Shown: in pieces, positions 10,794 to 21,437 of the stretch | Position numbering within the stretch: position 1 is the stretch's first letter | Layout: the number at the start of each line of letters is the position of its first letter | DNA from: Alphaproteobacteria bacterium | GTDB taxonomy: Bacteria > Patescibacteriota > Minisyncoccia > Phycocordibacterales > JABAAK01 | Length of the DNA: 64,000 nt | Assembly: GCA_030054135.1 (NCBI GenBank) | Contig: JASGCN010000001.1 | Span: 18,013-82,012 of the forward strand | Reading direction: 5' to 3' | Made by a program: the position numbers and the translations under genes | Notes under the pieces: model-generated | The model's input: only the letters and a program-made list of their open reading frames with translations | Database searches by the model: none | What the model was told of the DNA's origin: nothing

Positions 10794-12725
10794 ATGCATA
10801 AAAATACCTTTCTCAATGAACAGCAAAAAAAAGCAATCGCTACCACTGATCGATCACTCCTTATTGTAGCAGGAGCAGGCACTGGAAAAACGCGTGTACT
10901 TACAGAAAAAATTGCAAATCTTATCACACAAAAAATTGATTCAAAACATATACTAGCCCTCACTTTTACAAATAAAGCGGCAGACGAAATGCGCGCTCGT
11001 ATACAATCTCTTGTGGAATTACTTCCTTTTATTGGAACATTTCATGCGTTTGGAGTACACATACTACGAGAGCACGGAGAACATATTGGTGTTCCAAAAG
11101 ATTTTACCATCGCCGACAGAGATGATACTAATAGTATTGTTAGAAAAATACTAAAAGAAAAAAATATTCAAGATGTATCCCCACGTGTATGTATAAGCCA
11201 TATTGCGCGAATTAAAATACGCACACCTTCTGAAAAAAAACAATCCGTATCTCGTGCTGAAGAAATTGCTCGATTACTATATCCTGAATATGCACTTGCC
11301 CTACAAAGATCACACTTACTTGATTTTGAAGATTTACTCACAAAAAGCATACATGTATTAGAAGAGTTTCCAAACATACGCACTGCATATAATTTTTCTT
11401 ATATTCTTGTTGATGAATTTCAAGATACCGACACAACGCAAAATACATTACTGCATCTTTTAAAAGTTCCTCACACGAAAGTTATAGCGGTAGGAGACAG
11501 TGATCAAACTATTTATAGTTGGCGTGGTGCTCGAGTAGAGCATATGCTTACTTTTCAAGAAGATCATGCTCCAGCAACACATATTATATTAGATAAAAAT
11601 TATCGATCAACAAAAAACATTCTTGAAGCAGCAAATAGTATTATTTCAAAAAATACTCTCAGGTTTGAGAAAAATCTCACAACTGACGCAGACCGAGGAG
11701 GTCCTGTTCAATTTCTTGAATCTCATAATGAAGATGAAGAAGCAGATACTATTATTGATACATGTATACAGAAACACAAACAGGGAGCTCCGTACTCATC
11801 TATGGCAATACTCTATCGTGCAAATTTTCAATCACGCGCATTGGAACTTGCCTGTATTCGTGCACACATCCCATATCAAGTTATCGGGGTTCGTTTTTTT
11901 GAAAGAGCAGAAATAAAAAATTTACTTGCCTATTGCATTGTGATGCTTAACACACACGCAGAACACGCGTACACTCGTATTGCAAAAACTCTTGCCTGTT
12001 CAATAGGGACTCAAACGCTTAATTCATATTTCGCGTCAATAAAAAACAACACAACCCTCCCCCCTCGTATTGCAAAAAAAATTGAACCTCTTGTGCACAC
12101 ACTGTTTCGGTTAAAAAAAAATATCTCCGTGTATACACTTTCAAAATGGCTTTCCTCTCTTGTTGAAGATATACAATATGCAACATATCTTGCAAACACA
12201 TATGACAATCATCAAGAGCGTTTGCAAAGTGTTAAAGAGTTAATTGCTTTTGTAGAAAAATTTGATTACCTTGATGGAGAAACTGCTCTTCGTGCACTAT
12301 TAACTGACGCATCTCTTGGAAGTGACCAAGATGATTTGCGACATATTCATAACCAACGAGGAGTATCTCTTATGACAATTCACGCATCGAAGGGGCTCGA
12401 ATTTGATATCGTAGTGGTAGCTGGCATGGAAGAAGGGCTTTTTCCATACGAAGAACATTGGGGGGAAGAAAACGTCAGAGACCCAGAGGAAGAAAGACGA
12501 TTATGTTATGTTGCATTCACTCGAGCAAAAAAAGAACTTATATGTTCATATGCAAAAACCCGTTCAATTTTTGGAAAAAAAAATTATAAAGCTCCATCAA
12601 TATTTTTATACGACATTGGATTTAAAAATACTGAAATGTATTACAATTCCAATCAATCCAATACACTCAACCAATCTAAAAAAATAGAAGATTATATTGA
12701 TGAAGATGATTCTATTGTTTGGTAG
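10794..12725 (+). CDS. UvrD/PcrA/Rep family ATP-dependent DNA helicase
   Basis: Walker A AGAGTGKT, DEFQDT motif II, VGDSDQTIYSWRGA motif III. C-terminal helicase motifs. Confidence 0.85.
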   Translation: MHKNTFLNEQQKKAIATTDRSLLIVAGAGTGKTRVLTEKIANLITQKIDSKHILALTFTNKAADEMRARIQSLVELLPFIGTFHAFGVHILREHGEHIGVPKDFTIADRDDTNSIVRKILKEKNIQDVSPRVCISHIARIKIRTPSEKKQSVSRAEEIARLLYPEYALALQRSHLLDFEDLLTKSIHVLEEFPNIRTAYNFSYILVDEFQDTDTTQNTLLHLLKVPHTKVIAVGDSDQTIYSWRGARVEHMLTFQEDHAPATHIILDKNYRSTKNILEAANSIISKNTLRFEKNLTTDADRGGPVQFLESHNEDEEADTIIDTCIQKHKQGAPYSSMAILYRANFQSRALELACIRAHIPYQVIGVRFFERAEIKNLLAYCIVMLNTHAEHAYTRIAKTLACSIGTQTLNSYFASIKNNTTLPPRIAKKIEPLVHTLFRLKKNISVYTLSKWLSSLVEDIQYATYLANTYDNHQERLQSVKELIAFVEKFDYLDGETALRALLTDASLGSDQDDLRHIHNQRGVSLMTIHASKGLEFDIVVVAGMEEGLFPYEEHWGEENVRDPEEERRLCYVAFTRAKKELICSYAKTRSIFGKKNYKAPSIFLYDIGFKNTEMYYNSNQSNTLNQSKKIEDYIDEDDSIVW

Positions 12726-12742
12726 TGGTACGCTATCCTTAT

Positions 12743-13501
12743 ATGTCTCGTCATACTCATCTTGGACAACATTTTCTTATTGACATTAACAGTATCGAAA
12801 CACTTGCTTCTGCATTGTCGTTGCCCCCAACAACACCAATTCTTGAGATAGGTCCTGGGCGTGGATCACTTACTCGCGCACTTCTTAAAAAATATCACAC
12901 CGTACATGCTATAGAAAAAGACCCTTCTCTTGTTGCATATCTTCAAGATCATTTTTCGACACACATAAAAAATGGATCTCTGAAGCTACATAATTTTGAT
13001 ATTCGAGATATCAATGCACATATTCATGTAATACCAGAAGGGTACGCTGTTATTGCAAATATCCCGTATTACATCACAGGATCTATTCTTACTGATTTTC
13101 TTACTCAAGAAAAAAAACCTACCGCTATGACACTTCTTATGCAAAATGAAGTAGCTCTTCGCATCACCAATAAAAAAAAATCATCTATTCTTTCACTTGC
13201 AGTTTCTCTGTATGGCACCCCACACTATATCTCTCTTGTATCTCATACTTCATTTGCTCCACCTCCAAAAGTTGAAAGTGCAATTATTACCATTACCGAT
13301 ATACGAAATGTTCCAAAAAATATCTCTACTGCTTTTTTTGCAATTGTGCACGCTGCATTTGCACATAAGCGTCAATACATGCTCAAACACATTAAACATG
13401 CTGGTATACAAGAGATATGCATGATGCACGGCATTACTAATACCACTCGCGCAGAAGATGTTCCATTTGAAACATGGCTTGCAATTGCAAAAAAAATATA
13501 A
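12743..13501 (+). CDS. rsmA: 16S rRNA (adenine1518/1519-N6)-dimethyltransferase
   Basis: GQHFL...EIGPGRGSLT SAM-binding motif and NIPYYIT motif of KsgA/RsmA. Start set at the ATG at 12743. Confidence 0.8.
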   Translation: MSRHTHLGQHFLIDINSIETLASALSLPPTTPILEIGPGRGSLTRALLKKYHTVHAIEKDPSLVAYLQDHFSTHIKNGSLKLHNFDIRDINAHIHVIPEGYAVIANIPYYITGSILTDFLTQEKKPTAMTLLMQNEVALRITNKKKSSILSLAVSLYGTPHYISLVSHTSFAPPPKVESAIITITDIRNVPKNISTAFFAIVHAAFAHKRQYMLKHIKHAGIQEICMMHGITNTTRAEDVPFETWLAIAKKI

Positions 13502-13915
13502 TTATTTTGTAGGAATTTTTGATGTCCCCAAACGATATACATACCCCCAATAGGGAATAGCCGCAGTACCTATCGGACACGCAGCTCCAGACGGAATCCA
13601 AACAAATCTTCCAAATGCTGCAAATGAAGGTTCTACAATTGAACCTTTTTCAGCCATTACTGCAAATGGAACAAATATTGGGAATGGACTAAATTTATTT
13701 TGAACAGTAAATACAATTCCCAAATTGCATGGAGTAATACTAAGTATTCTTCCACCAAAACTTCTTAAAAAAACAGACGCCGCGATTGTACCTCCCACAA
13801 ACACGCCTGCAGAGCTATTTGATAATTGTGCAAATGATTTATGTATACCTATGAAAAAAAATAGAGTGGCGACTGTGACCAGTATAATTATTTTTCTAGT
13901 ATTCGTTACTATCAT
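13502..13915 (-). CDS. hypothetical small protein with N-terminal hydrophobic segment (uncertain)
   Basis: 137-aa ORF. It overlaps the 5' end of the downstream plus-strand gene by ~65 nt, so one of the two starts may be wrong. Confidence 0.25.
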   Translation of the reverse strand: MIVTNTRKIIILVTVATLFFFIGIHKSFAQLSNSSAGVFVGGTIAASVFLRSFGGRILSITPCNLGIVFTVQNKFSPFPIFVPFAVMAEKGSIVEPSFAAFGRFVWIPSGAACPIGTAAIPYWGYVYRLGTSKIPTK

Positions 13916-14804
13916 ACCAATAGTATACTCGTGTTACACTTTATATATGGCAGAACCGTATCCAAAAGAATACACCACGCGATTCACTGGATCTTATTAT
14001 AAAATATATATTGTATGCATATTAATACTAGGCAGTATTGTTGGTTTTTTGTATATAACAAAAAAAAATAATCCTCTACTCACTGTATCTTTGAGTAGCA
14101 ACACTACGTACGCAGAGACAGACTCAGATCAAGATTCTTATCCGGATTGGCTCGAACATGTTTCAGGATCAAATCCATATCAAAGTAATTCTGTCCCTGA
14201 AGGAAACATTCTTGATGAAGTATCAACATACATTCCTCCTGCCCGTAGACCTATTCCAAATGATTTATTAAAACTGACTGTTTCTCTTGCAAATGGGACT
14301 CTTACTGAATCTGAACAAAAACTTATTCAACAAAAAAGTATAGCGTATCTTACTGATACTCAATTAAATACATCTATCCCACCATTTGTGTATTCAATTA
14401 ATAATACTGTAAACCCAGCGTTAGTTGCTGAAACAATTTCTTTTGGATTACAAATTATGACCGTACCCGTTCCTATTGAAAAAGTTATTGCTGAATATTT
14501 AGCCGATCCAATCGCCAATGAAGCAAAAATTAAAAATGTCTCTATTCGTTGTGCACGAGCACTTAAAATATTTCCACGTGCAATTCCATCCGCTATAGAA
14601 ATTGAATACAAAAAGATTGTTTTTCGTATTGCGAGACTTTGCGAAGCAACCAACATTGCTTCAACCGGAACCACTTTTGATGAATTTGTTTACATGGCTT
14701 ATTTACTTGTTACCACAGAGTTTACTGCAAATAATTTTAGAAATGATTACATAACAACTATCACCAAACTTGGTGATACACTTGACGTACTAATTAAAAA
14801 ATAA
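13851..14804 (+). CDS. membrane-anchored hypothetical protein; first gene of the T4SS-like operon
   Basis: Start chosen at MKKNRVATV followed by a TM helix (IIIFLVFVTIIPIVY). No catalytic motif. Confidence 0.45.
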   Translation: MKKNRVATVTSIIIFLVFVTIIPIVYSCYTLYMAEPYPKEYTTRFTGSYYKIYIVCILILGSIVGFLYITKKNNPLLTVSLSSNTTYAETDSDQDSYPDWLEHVSGSNPYQSNSVPEGNILDEVSTYIPPARRPIPNDLLKLTVSLANGTLTESEQKLIQQKSIAYLTDTQLNTSIPPFVYSINNTVNPALVAETISFGLQIMTVPVPIEKVIAEYLADPIANEAKIKNVSIRCARALKIFPRAIPSAIEIEYKKIVFRIARLCEATNIASTGTTFDEFVYMAYLLVTTEFTANNFRNDYITTITKLGDTLDVLIKK

Positions 14805-14832
14805 ACACATTTATACGATATACTACGCGTAT

Positions 14833-17295
14833 ATGATTTCTGTTCGTGCATTGCTCTTAGGAGGATTATCTGTTGCGGCAGTGCTTGGAATTTATTTTGC
14901 CCTTAATCAAGATAGTGCACAAAATCCAACTACTACAGTTCGCCCACCCACCGAAGAACCTGATGTATTCGGTGGTGTTATTGAAGTTCCTGGTGAAGAC
15001 CAAGCTTTTTTTGATAAACTATTTAGACGCCCAAGTACACCCCTCCCACCGAAGAATGAAAACGTTTTTGTTCCGCCAACTAATATTCAATCAGAAACAT
15101 TTATTCCCGACATCGTTCCTGGAACTCCATACACCAGGTCAGAACTTCTCAATCTTGGTATTGATCCGCTTTTATATTTACAAATTACTAACAATCCATT
15201 TATTCCTACCTATACACCATATATAGCCCCCACAAATTCAAATACTTCAACAATCACAACAACGACTACACAATTACTTGCGAACAATTCAGAAGTTGAT
15301 GCCGCTATTGGAACTGATGTAGTTAATGATGCAATTTTTAAAGAAAATATTGAATTAATAGCACCAGCAAAAAAAACTACTCTTGGTGATGCAGTAAAAC
15401 AATTTGGCATTTCACTTGCAACTTCCATTGCTTTGTGTAAATCATTAGAGGCAATTTTTCCAGAAGGAGTCGCTGTAAACGAAGGAGGAACTGCAAAAGA
15501 CTGCGGTCTTGATTCGCTGGCAGAAAGCTTGGAATATTCATTTATAAAAAAATTAGCAAATCAATATGCGCAATGGGCATCAACTGGGTTTCAAGGAAAA
15601 CCTCTTGATCTTGACAATCCAATTGCATTTTGGAATGATGTTACCGAATATGTTACTTCTGAATATAATGCTGGATGGGATCCAAACAATCTTGCATGTA
15701 GCTTTGGGCCAGATATTCAAGCAAAATTGCGCATTGCTCTTTCAACTGGAGACACCTCTCTACAAAAAAAAGGATGTTCCACTTCTGATATTATTAAAAA
15801 CACACTTCGTGTAGTAAATGAAACCGCAAAAGGTCTTGCGAGCGCTGCCATTACTCCTGTGGAAAGCAAAACCATAGCTCTTGAACAAGCAAGGTACGAA
15901 CGCGCTAAAGCCCAAGCGAGATTAGAAGATCAACGGCGCTACACCGAAGCAAATGGAAAATTGGCAGCCCTTAGTGGATGCAACAGTAGTGATATTAATT
16001 ACTCAATTTTTACTAATAAAATAAGTGCTCTTATTAATACAAGCATGCTTCCTTCAAAAGTTTTTGAAGAAGTAAATACAATTCTTGGTGATGCTGGAGC
16101 TCAAAAACTTGGAGGAATAAACAATTATGTAGATGCACGATATGAGGCTTCGTATCAATTAAATAAAAAGTTAAATTTTGAAGCAGATGTAAATTTTGGT
16201 GAACTTGTTTTGGGAAATACAAAAGAAGGATTTTCAGGTAGTGAAAACGCTAGCATTTTGGAAGATCCAATTTTATCAGAACAACGAGCACGAATCATTG
16301 CTGCCGCTACTACCCTATTAGAAAGCAAAATAAAACAAAAATTTCCAGATCTAAAAGATTGTAAAAAAGTGGATTCTGCAGAAGAAAATAAAGAAAAAGA
16401 AGATAACAAAACTGACCTAGAAAAAGCAAAATTAAAAAAAGAAGCTCGACTTGAGGGCATTGCAAAACTAGTAATCGATGCGAGTATTAAAGGACTTATA
16501 AAAGGAGGAGTCAATGCGAGTCCAGGACTCAGCACAAAAACAACAGCAGAGCTAGAGCGATTCTGTTTACAAGCAAAAAAGACAGTTATAGTAGGGAAAC
16601 CAGGCTCAACTGATGATTGTTTTGATGGTCGTGAAAATCTAACCCCTCCTGTACGAGTATCAGTTACTTGTTTTGAAAATAGAACAGTAATAAAAGATGA
16701 GATTCTTTTTGACGGTTCCTACTACAAGGTAGTGGTCGGTGGGAAATGTTCTCCAAAAGGTGGTGATGTTATTGTGGTTCAAGAAATAGAAGAATCATCT
16801 CAAAAAAGTACTCCTGTGGATAGTGTAGACAAAGAAAATATTATCAAACCACCAACAGAAGAAGGAGCTGCCCCAAGTACGGCTACAGGTGCTCTCACAG
16901 ATACTGAGAAAAAAATATGGATGTATAATTATGCGCTTGTTCTTTACAGACAACCAAACTCGAATAATGATGCATCTATTAAAATAAATAGAGAAACAAT
17001 AAAAAATGTTGGCTACGAGGATCTCAAAAAAATTGTTGACGCAAAATTAATTTTTAATACTGCGGAAGAATACACAAACGCATGTAAGCAATTGATAAAT
17101 AATGATAGGGGTAAGGATTGGATATTAGGCGCAGGGGGAAACGACATTGACGTCTTTAAAAACAACAAATTAAGAGGCAGTGGGGTGAGCAGTACCAAGG
17201 GTATATGTTATATACAATCAAACCCTAATAAACAAAAATCATTAGATAGCTATATACAAGAAACATTAACAGCATTAGGAATCGAACAGAAATAG
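14833..17295 (+). CDS. large (820 aa) membrane-anchored extracytoplasmic protein
   Basis: N-terminal signal anchor, Pro-rich linker and Lys/Glu-rich central region. Lies within a co-directional cluster with tiny intergenic gaps. Confidence 0.5.
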   Translation: MISVRALLLGGLSVAAVLGIYFALNQDSAQNPTTTVRPPTEEPDVFGGVIEVPGEDQAFFDKLFRRPSTPLPPKNENVFVPPTNIQSETFIPDIVPGTPYTRSELLNLGIDPLLYLQITNNPFIPTYTPYIAPTNSNTSTITTTTTQLLANNSEVDAAIGTDVVNDAIFKENIELIAPAKKTTLGDAVKQFGISLATSIALCKSLEAIFPEGVAVNEGGTAKDCGLDSLAESLEYSFIKKLANQYAQWASTGFQGKPLDLDNPIAFWNDVTEYVTSEYNAGWDPNNLACSFGPDIQAKLRIALSTGDTSLQKKGCSTSDIIKNTLRVVNETAKGLASAAITPVESKTIALEQARYERAKAQARLEDQRRYTEANGKLAALSGCNSSDINYSIFTNKISALINTSMLPSKVFEEVNTILGDAGAQKLGGINNYVDARYEASYQLNKKLNFEADVNFGELVLGNTKEGFSGSENASILEDPILSEQRARIIAAATTLLESKIKQKFPDLKDCKKVDSAEENKEKEDNKTDLEKAKLKKEARLEGIAKLVIDASIKGLIKGGVNASPGLSTKTTAELERFCLQAKKTVIVGKPGSTDDCFDGRENLTPPVRVSVTCFENRTVIKDEILFDGSYYKVVVGGKCSPKGGDVIVVQEIEESSQKSTPVDSVDKENIIKPPTEEGAAPSTATGALTDTEKKIWMYNYALVLYRQPNSNNDASIKINRETIKNVGYEDLKKIVDAKLIFNTAEEYTNACKQLINNDRGKDWILGAGGNDIDVFKNNKLRGSGVSSTKGICYIQSNPNKQKSLDSYIQETLTALGIEQK

Positions 17296-17323
17296 AAGAT
17301 ATTAATCTTGTATACTGTGTATA

Positions 17324-19138
17324 ATGAGTATTGCATTACGATATATTTTTATTGTTATTTTATTTTTTGTACTGTGTGCATATACTGCGTATGCACAAAT
17401 TGCAACGACAGGAATCACTGACAATTTCACCGGAAATAGCACTGAGGTTGAATCTATTTTTTCTAATAATGTTTACACTGATTTGAGCACTGCTGATGGA
17501 TATCAAAAAGCAACTACCAAAAGTTTTCATGCACGTGTACGCCAATACCTGTATCTTTTATCTGATGCAAAAAATATTCTTCTTACATTTCCTCATCGTG
17601 GGGGTCTGCGTGTAAAATTAAAAAAATCAAGTGAACCCGATGATGGATTTCCAGGCATTGTAGATACATCTCTTAATGTATTTCCAGTTACAGAAACACA
17701 ACGTGACACTATTCTTTCTATTATCGCCATTAAAGATGACAGTTCAATTAAAAATATAGGCGAAATAAATAATTTTAAAACAGCTTTTAATGATACCTAT
17801 GGAAGAATAAAAAATATGGCTACATGTGACATTGCTCCTGTGTATGTTGAAGCTACCATTAGTGCAGAACATAAAATAAAAAGTGTGCCCTATGAATTAA
17901 TAGGAGGAGCCACTATACATGTGTGTGCTACTCACAAGTATACTCTTTCAACATATAATTTTAAAGATAATGTATCTTTAATACAAAATGATATAAATGA
18001 AATTGAAAAAAATATATCGTTGTTAAAAAAATATGAACAAGTGTATGGAGATACTCGAGAATATCTTGATGCCTACATTATTGCGTTAAACTCAAAAGAA
18101 GATAAAGGACGAAGTGAAGAAAATGAAGTGCTTATTGCAGAAGCGCAGCGAGATAAAGAATGTTTGTTTGGTATACAAATTGCAGGAAATAGTCCAAAAA
18201 TAGAATCTTACCAAACCTGTCAATTTGCACCCACAGAAAATAATATTATTGATGGGGTATCTGGAAGTACACAAAACTACAATATAGAAACCGGCTTATA
18301 CGATAAGGGACAAAAAAATATTATTCCTACATATAAAGGAGAATTTGTTCCTCTATATGTAAATCCGCGATTGCCAGAATTAATTGCAACAACAAAAACT
18401 GTAGCATCGTTACAAAAAGAAACACTCATATCAGGTATTTCTCCATCAAGTACTTCTAAAAAAACTGTAGTGAATGTTGATGAAGTAAAAGAATTTCTTA
18501 CAAAAAAACCAGCTCTCTACTATGGTGGTGTGCTCCCTGCAAAATGTTTTACCAACATATCTGCTACTACACAAGTAACTGGGTATATCCGACTTAACTG
18601 TTCACTAGCTGATATTAATATTTCTTTCGCAAAACGGATTAAAAAAATTCCCAATGAGACTTCTGTTCGTCAATTGCTTGCCATTATGCGTGAACTTTCA
18701 GATACAAAAGAATTCACTGGTGTTACAGTTAAAAAAACAGATGTTGCAAAAGAAGAATCTCCAAAATGTATAAATAACGACCTCGCAAAAATTATTACCG
18801 GCGTGCTTAAAGTTGTGAGTATTGTACCTGGATTGGGAGGAGATGGTGTAGATGATAGTTGTAAAAGTTACCCAAGGGGAGAAAGCGCTGATGGATCTTT
18901 TACTGTTTGGACAACAGAACTTGTTAAAAGACAAGCACCGCTTGTTTCTTTATTTTCTATAGCTGATATTTACAAATATGCTCCTCCTACACCAACAACT
19001 GAAGAAGCATCAGATCTTAAAACAAAAAATTTAAAGCCCCTTCTTGGCACTATTCCAGTAAGTGAATTGGTTAAATTATATCGAAATGGGCTTCGTGAAC
19101 GCTGGGTGCAAAAACAAATTGAAAACCTGGTAAAATAG
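17324..19138 (+). CDS. secreted protein (604 aa) with signal peptide
   Basis: N-terminal signal sequence ending ...AYTAYAQ. Several Cys residues. No homology recognised. Confidence 0.5.
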   Translation: MSIALRYIFIVILFFVLCAYTAYAQIATTGITDNFTGNSTEVESIFSNNVYTDLSTADGYQKATTKSFHARVRQYLYLLSDAKNILLTFPHRGGLRVKLKKSSEPDDGFPGIVDTSLNVFPVTETQRDTILSIIAIKDDSSIKNIGEINNFKTAFNDTYGRIKNMATCDIAPVYVEATISAEHKIKSVPYELIGGATIHVCATHKYTLSTYNFKDNVSLIQNDINEIEKNISLLKKYEQVYGDTREYLDAYIIALNSKEDKGRSEENEVLIAEAQRDKECLFGIQIAGNSPKIESYQTCQFAPTENNIIDGVSGSTQNYNIETGLYDKGQKNIIPTYKGEFVPLYVNPRLPELIATTKTVASLQKETLISGISPSSTSKKTVVNVDEVKEFLTKKPALYYGGVLPAKCFTNISATTQVTGYIRLNCSLADINISFAKRIKKIPNETSVRQLLAIMRELSDTKEFTGVTVKKTDVAKEESPKCINNDLAKIITGVLKVVSIVPGLGGDGVDDSCKSYPRGESADGSFTVWTTELVKRQAPLVSLFSIADIYKYAPPTPTTEEASDLKTKNLKPLLGTIPVSELVKLYRNGLRERWVQKQIENLVK

Positions 19139-19148
19139 AGACAGCTAT

Positions 19149-21230
19149 ATGTTTTTTATCACCACAACACGAATACGGGCATGCGTTCTTGTAATAATAA
19201 TTGCGAGTATATTTTTACTGCTATACTCATCTCATGGATATGCCATTAGCGTAGCAGGTGCAGTGGAAGATGCTCTTTCAACAATTCTTAAAGGATTGAT
19301 TTTATTAATTGCATCTATGTTGAACATCATACTTTCTATTGTTCTGACATTTGCAGAATTTACACTACGATTAGTAAGTTTGGTAATTAATCTTAATTTA
19401 AGCATTGTTGGATTTTTTATTAATTTTGGAATTTTTGGAATAGTGGCAAACATCTTAAAAGATATTATTAACCTATTTATTATCGGAGCATTGATATGGT
19501 TGGCAATAAAAAATCTTTTCACTGAAGAAGCAGAGGCTTCAATTGGGAAAAAAATGCTTATTATTTTTGCAACAATTATTGTAGTAAACTTTAGTGGGTA
19601 TATTATATTATTTCTTGTTGACGCGTCAACATATATATTACAGTTTTCTTCTTATTATTATATTGATTCTAGTCCAAGAGAAGGTTTTGATCCAAATCTA
19701 GTCAATTTTGTACAACACAATCTAAATATTGTAAGATCACTTAATACTGAAACAATAAACGTTGATAACGCATTGGGGATTATGTTCCCATTTCTAGGAC
19801 TTACAGCGGTGTTTTTTTTAATGTTTATATTTTTTAGAGTATGTATGCTTTTAATCATACGATTTATATACACACTTCTTATTATTATGTGCGCACCGTT
19901 GCTAGGAATACAATTTATTAATTCTGCTGCAAGTGGGAATGCTGGCATAGACTATCCTTTTAAAACACAAATAAAAGCAATAGTTGATGAATGGTGGAAT
20001 CAGTTGATAAAAGTATTTCTTTTTATCCCTATATTTTTGCTCGGTATTGGAATTCTTGGAGAAATAATTTCAGATCTCATTGTTCAGAGTGGGTCAAGTT
20101 TTTCAACTAAGCTCGATGTGAAAGGTGTGGCACTTGCACGTAATCAAACACAACTTGCATTTATTCTTCTCATGGTTATTGGATATGGCATTGTATTAAA
20201 AAAAGCTGTTGATTTTGTTGATAGTAAAATTGAAAAAACTATAACAAAAAAAACATGGGACTGGGCATATAGAAAATTTGTTGTTAGCCCTGCAGGACGT
20301 TTCGCAGGAAAAGCAGTTCAAATTGCAGAAAAATATAAACCTACACGCGCTATTTTAAATGGAATAAAATCAGCAGACGAATGGAGAAAAAATACAGACA
20401 ACAGATCTAATAAAGAAATATTTGCAAGTGCATATACTGCTGCAAAAAATAAATTTGAACCTACTGTAGAGCTTAAAAATAATGAATACATAAGAAAACC
20501 AAGCTCTACACTTAATAGGCTGCAAACACAATTAATTGATTTAGAAACAAGAAAAAATGTGGCCGCCAGTAAAAACCAATCAACTGAATCTTTCGATACT
20601 GAAATAAAAAAAATAGGGAAAGAAATAGGGCGTTTAAAAATTACCGAAGATGCAGAAGTAAAACAATATGCTACAAAACTTGCAGTTGATAGTGCTACAC
20701 CCAATTCAACACAAAAAGATGAAGACCAACTTATTAAAGCGGCAGAGAAAATACACAAAACCGCTATCACGCATACAGAAAAAATAGCTTCCATAAAAAA
20801 AAGAGATGACATTACTGATAAAGAAAAACAAATGGAAATTGGTAAAGTAGATACGATAGCAGGAGAAAATTTTTCTGCCGCCATGAATAGTATAACTAAT
20901 AGATCGAATCAAAAAAGTTATGAACAAAATATTCTAAACCCCAAGAGTAGATTTTTAGAAACTATGTATGGCGACGATTTTGCAAGAGTTGCGCGTGGAC
21001 AATCATCCCAAACTCCGCCATCTACATCAACTCCGCCGCCTGCATCAACTCCGCCATCTGCACCACTAGAATTGATGCCCCAAGAAGCACCACTAGAATT
21101 GATGCCCCAAGAAGCACCACTAGAATTGATGCCCCAAGAAGCACCACTAGAATTGATGCCCGAAGAAGGAACACAAGAAGAAGTAAATGCTACTTTGAGA
21201 GAATTGAAAAAAATAGTAGAAAATAAATGA
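19149..21230 (+). CDS. polytopic membrane protein, VirB6/TrbL-like candidate, with C-terminal Pro-rich tandem repeats
   Basis: At least 6-8 hydrophobic helices in the N-terminal 350 aa. Long hydrophilic C-terminal domain ending in PPSTSTPPPASTPPS and 4x APLELMPQE. Positioned just upstream of the VirB3/VirB4-like genes. Confidence 0.55.
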   Translation: MFFITTTRIRACVLVIIIASIFLLLYSSHGYAISVAGAVEDALSTILKGLILLIASMLNIILSIVLTFAEFTLRLVSLVINLNLSIVGFFINFGIFGIVANILKDIINLFIIGALIWLAIKNLFTEEAEASIGKKMLIIFATIIVVNFSGYIILFLVDASTYILQFSSYYYIDSSPREGFDPNLVNFVQHNLNIVRSLNTETINVDNALGIMFPFLGLTAVFFLMFIFFRVCMLLIIRFIYTLLIIMCAPLLGIQFINSAASGNAGIDYPFKTQIKAIVDEWWNQLIKVFLFIPIFLLGIGILGEIISDLIVQSGSSFSTKLDVKGVALARNQTQLAFILLMVIGYGIVLKKAVDFVDSKIEKTITKKTWDWAYRKFVVSPAGRFAGKAVQIAEKYKPTRAILNGIKSADEWRKNTDNRSNKEIFASAYTAAKNKFEPTVELKNNEYIRKPSSTLNRLQTQLIDLETRKNVAASKNQSTESFDTEIKKIGKEIGRLKITEDAEVKQYATKLAVDSATPNSTQKDEDQLIKAAEKIHKTAITHTEKIASIKKRDDITDKEKQMEIGKVDTIAGENFSAAMNSITNRSNQKSYEQNILNPKSRFLETMYGDDFARVARGQSSQTPPSTSTPPPASTPPSAPLELMPQEAPLELMPQEAPLELMPQEAPLELMPEEGTQEEVNATLRELKKIVENK
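21058..21165 (+). repeat. 27-bp tandem repeat x4 (caccactagaattgatgccccaagaag) inside the 3' end of the VirB6-like gene
   Basis: Three identical copies plus one variant. In frame; encodes APLELMPQE repeats. Confidence 0.85.
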
Positions 21231-21388
21231 CATTTTTAAAATTCACAATGTATTAATAAAATCATTTCACCAAAACTACACGTATACTTTAGAAAAAATA
21301 ATGCCCTAATTGATCCAACATAATGGCAATAATCACAGACACATGTATCTCTAGGAGATATTACAACAAACGGTGTATATCAAAATAA

Positions 21389-21404
21389 TAATCACATGTG
21401 ATTA
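21389..21404. promoter_or_regulatory. perfect 16-bp palindrome taatcacatgtgatta, ~35 nt upstream of the VirB3-like start; candidate operator
   Basis: Exact reverse-complement symmetry in the only sizeable (207-bp) intergenic gap inside the cluster. Confidence 0.4.
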
Positions 21405-21437
21405 CCAATACAATTCAAAATGCTATGATACATATAT

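Noticed and set aside
20318-20884. 188-aa minus-strand ORF and many other antisense ORFs inside large genes (e.g. 996-1430, 6733-7029, 16155-16535, 28264-28614, 43511-44002, 49739-50266)
   Set aside because: They are embedded antisense within well-supported longer genes, with low-complexity or Ser/Cys-rich translations typical of AT-rich antisense frames.
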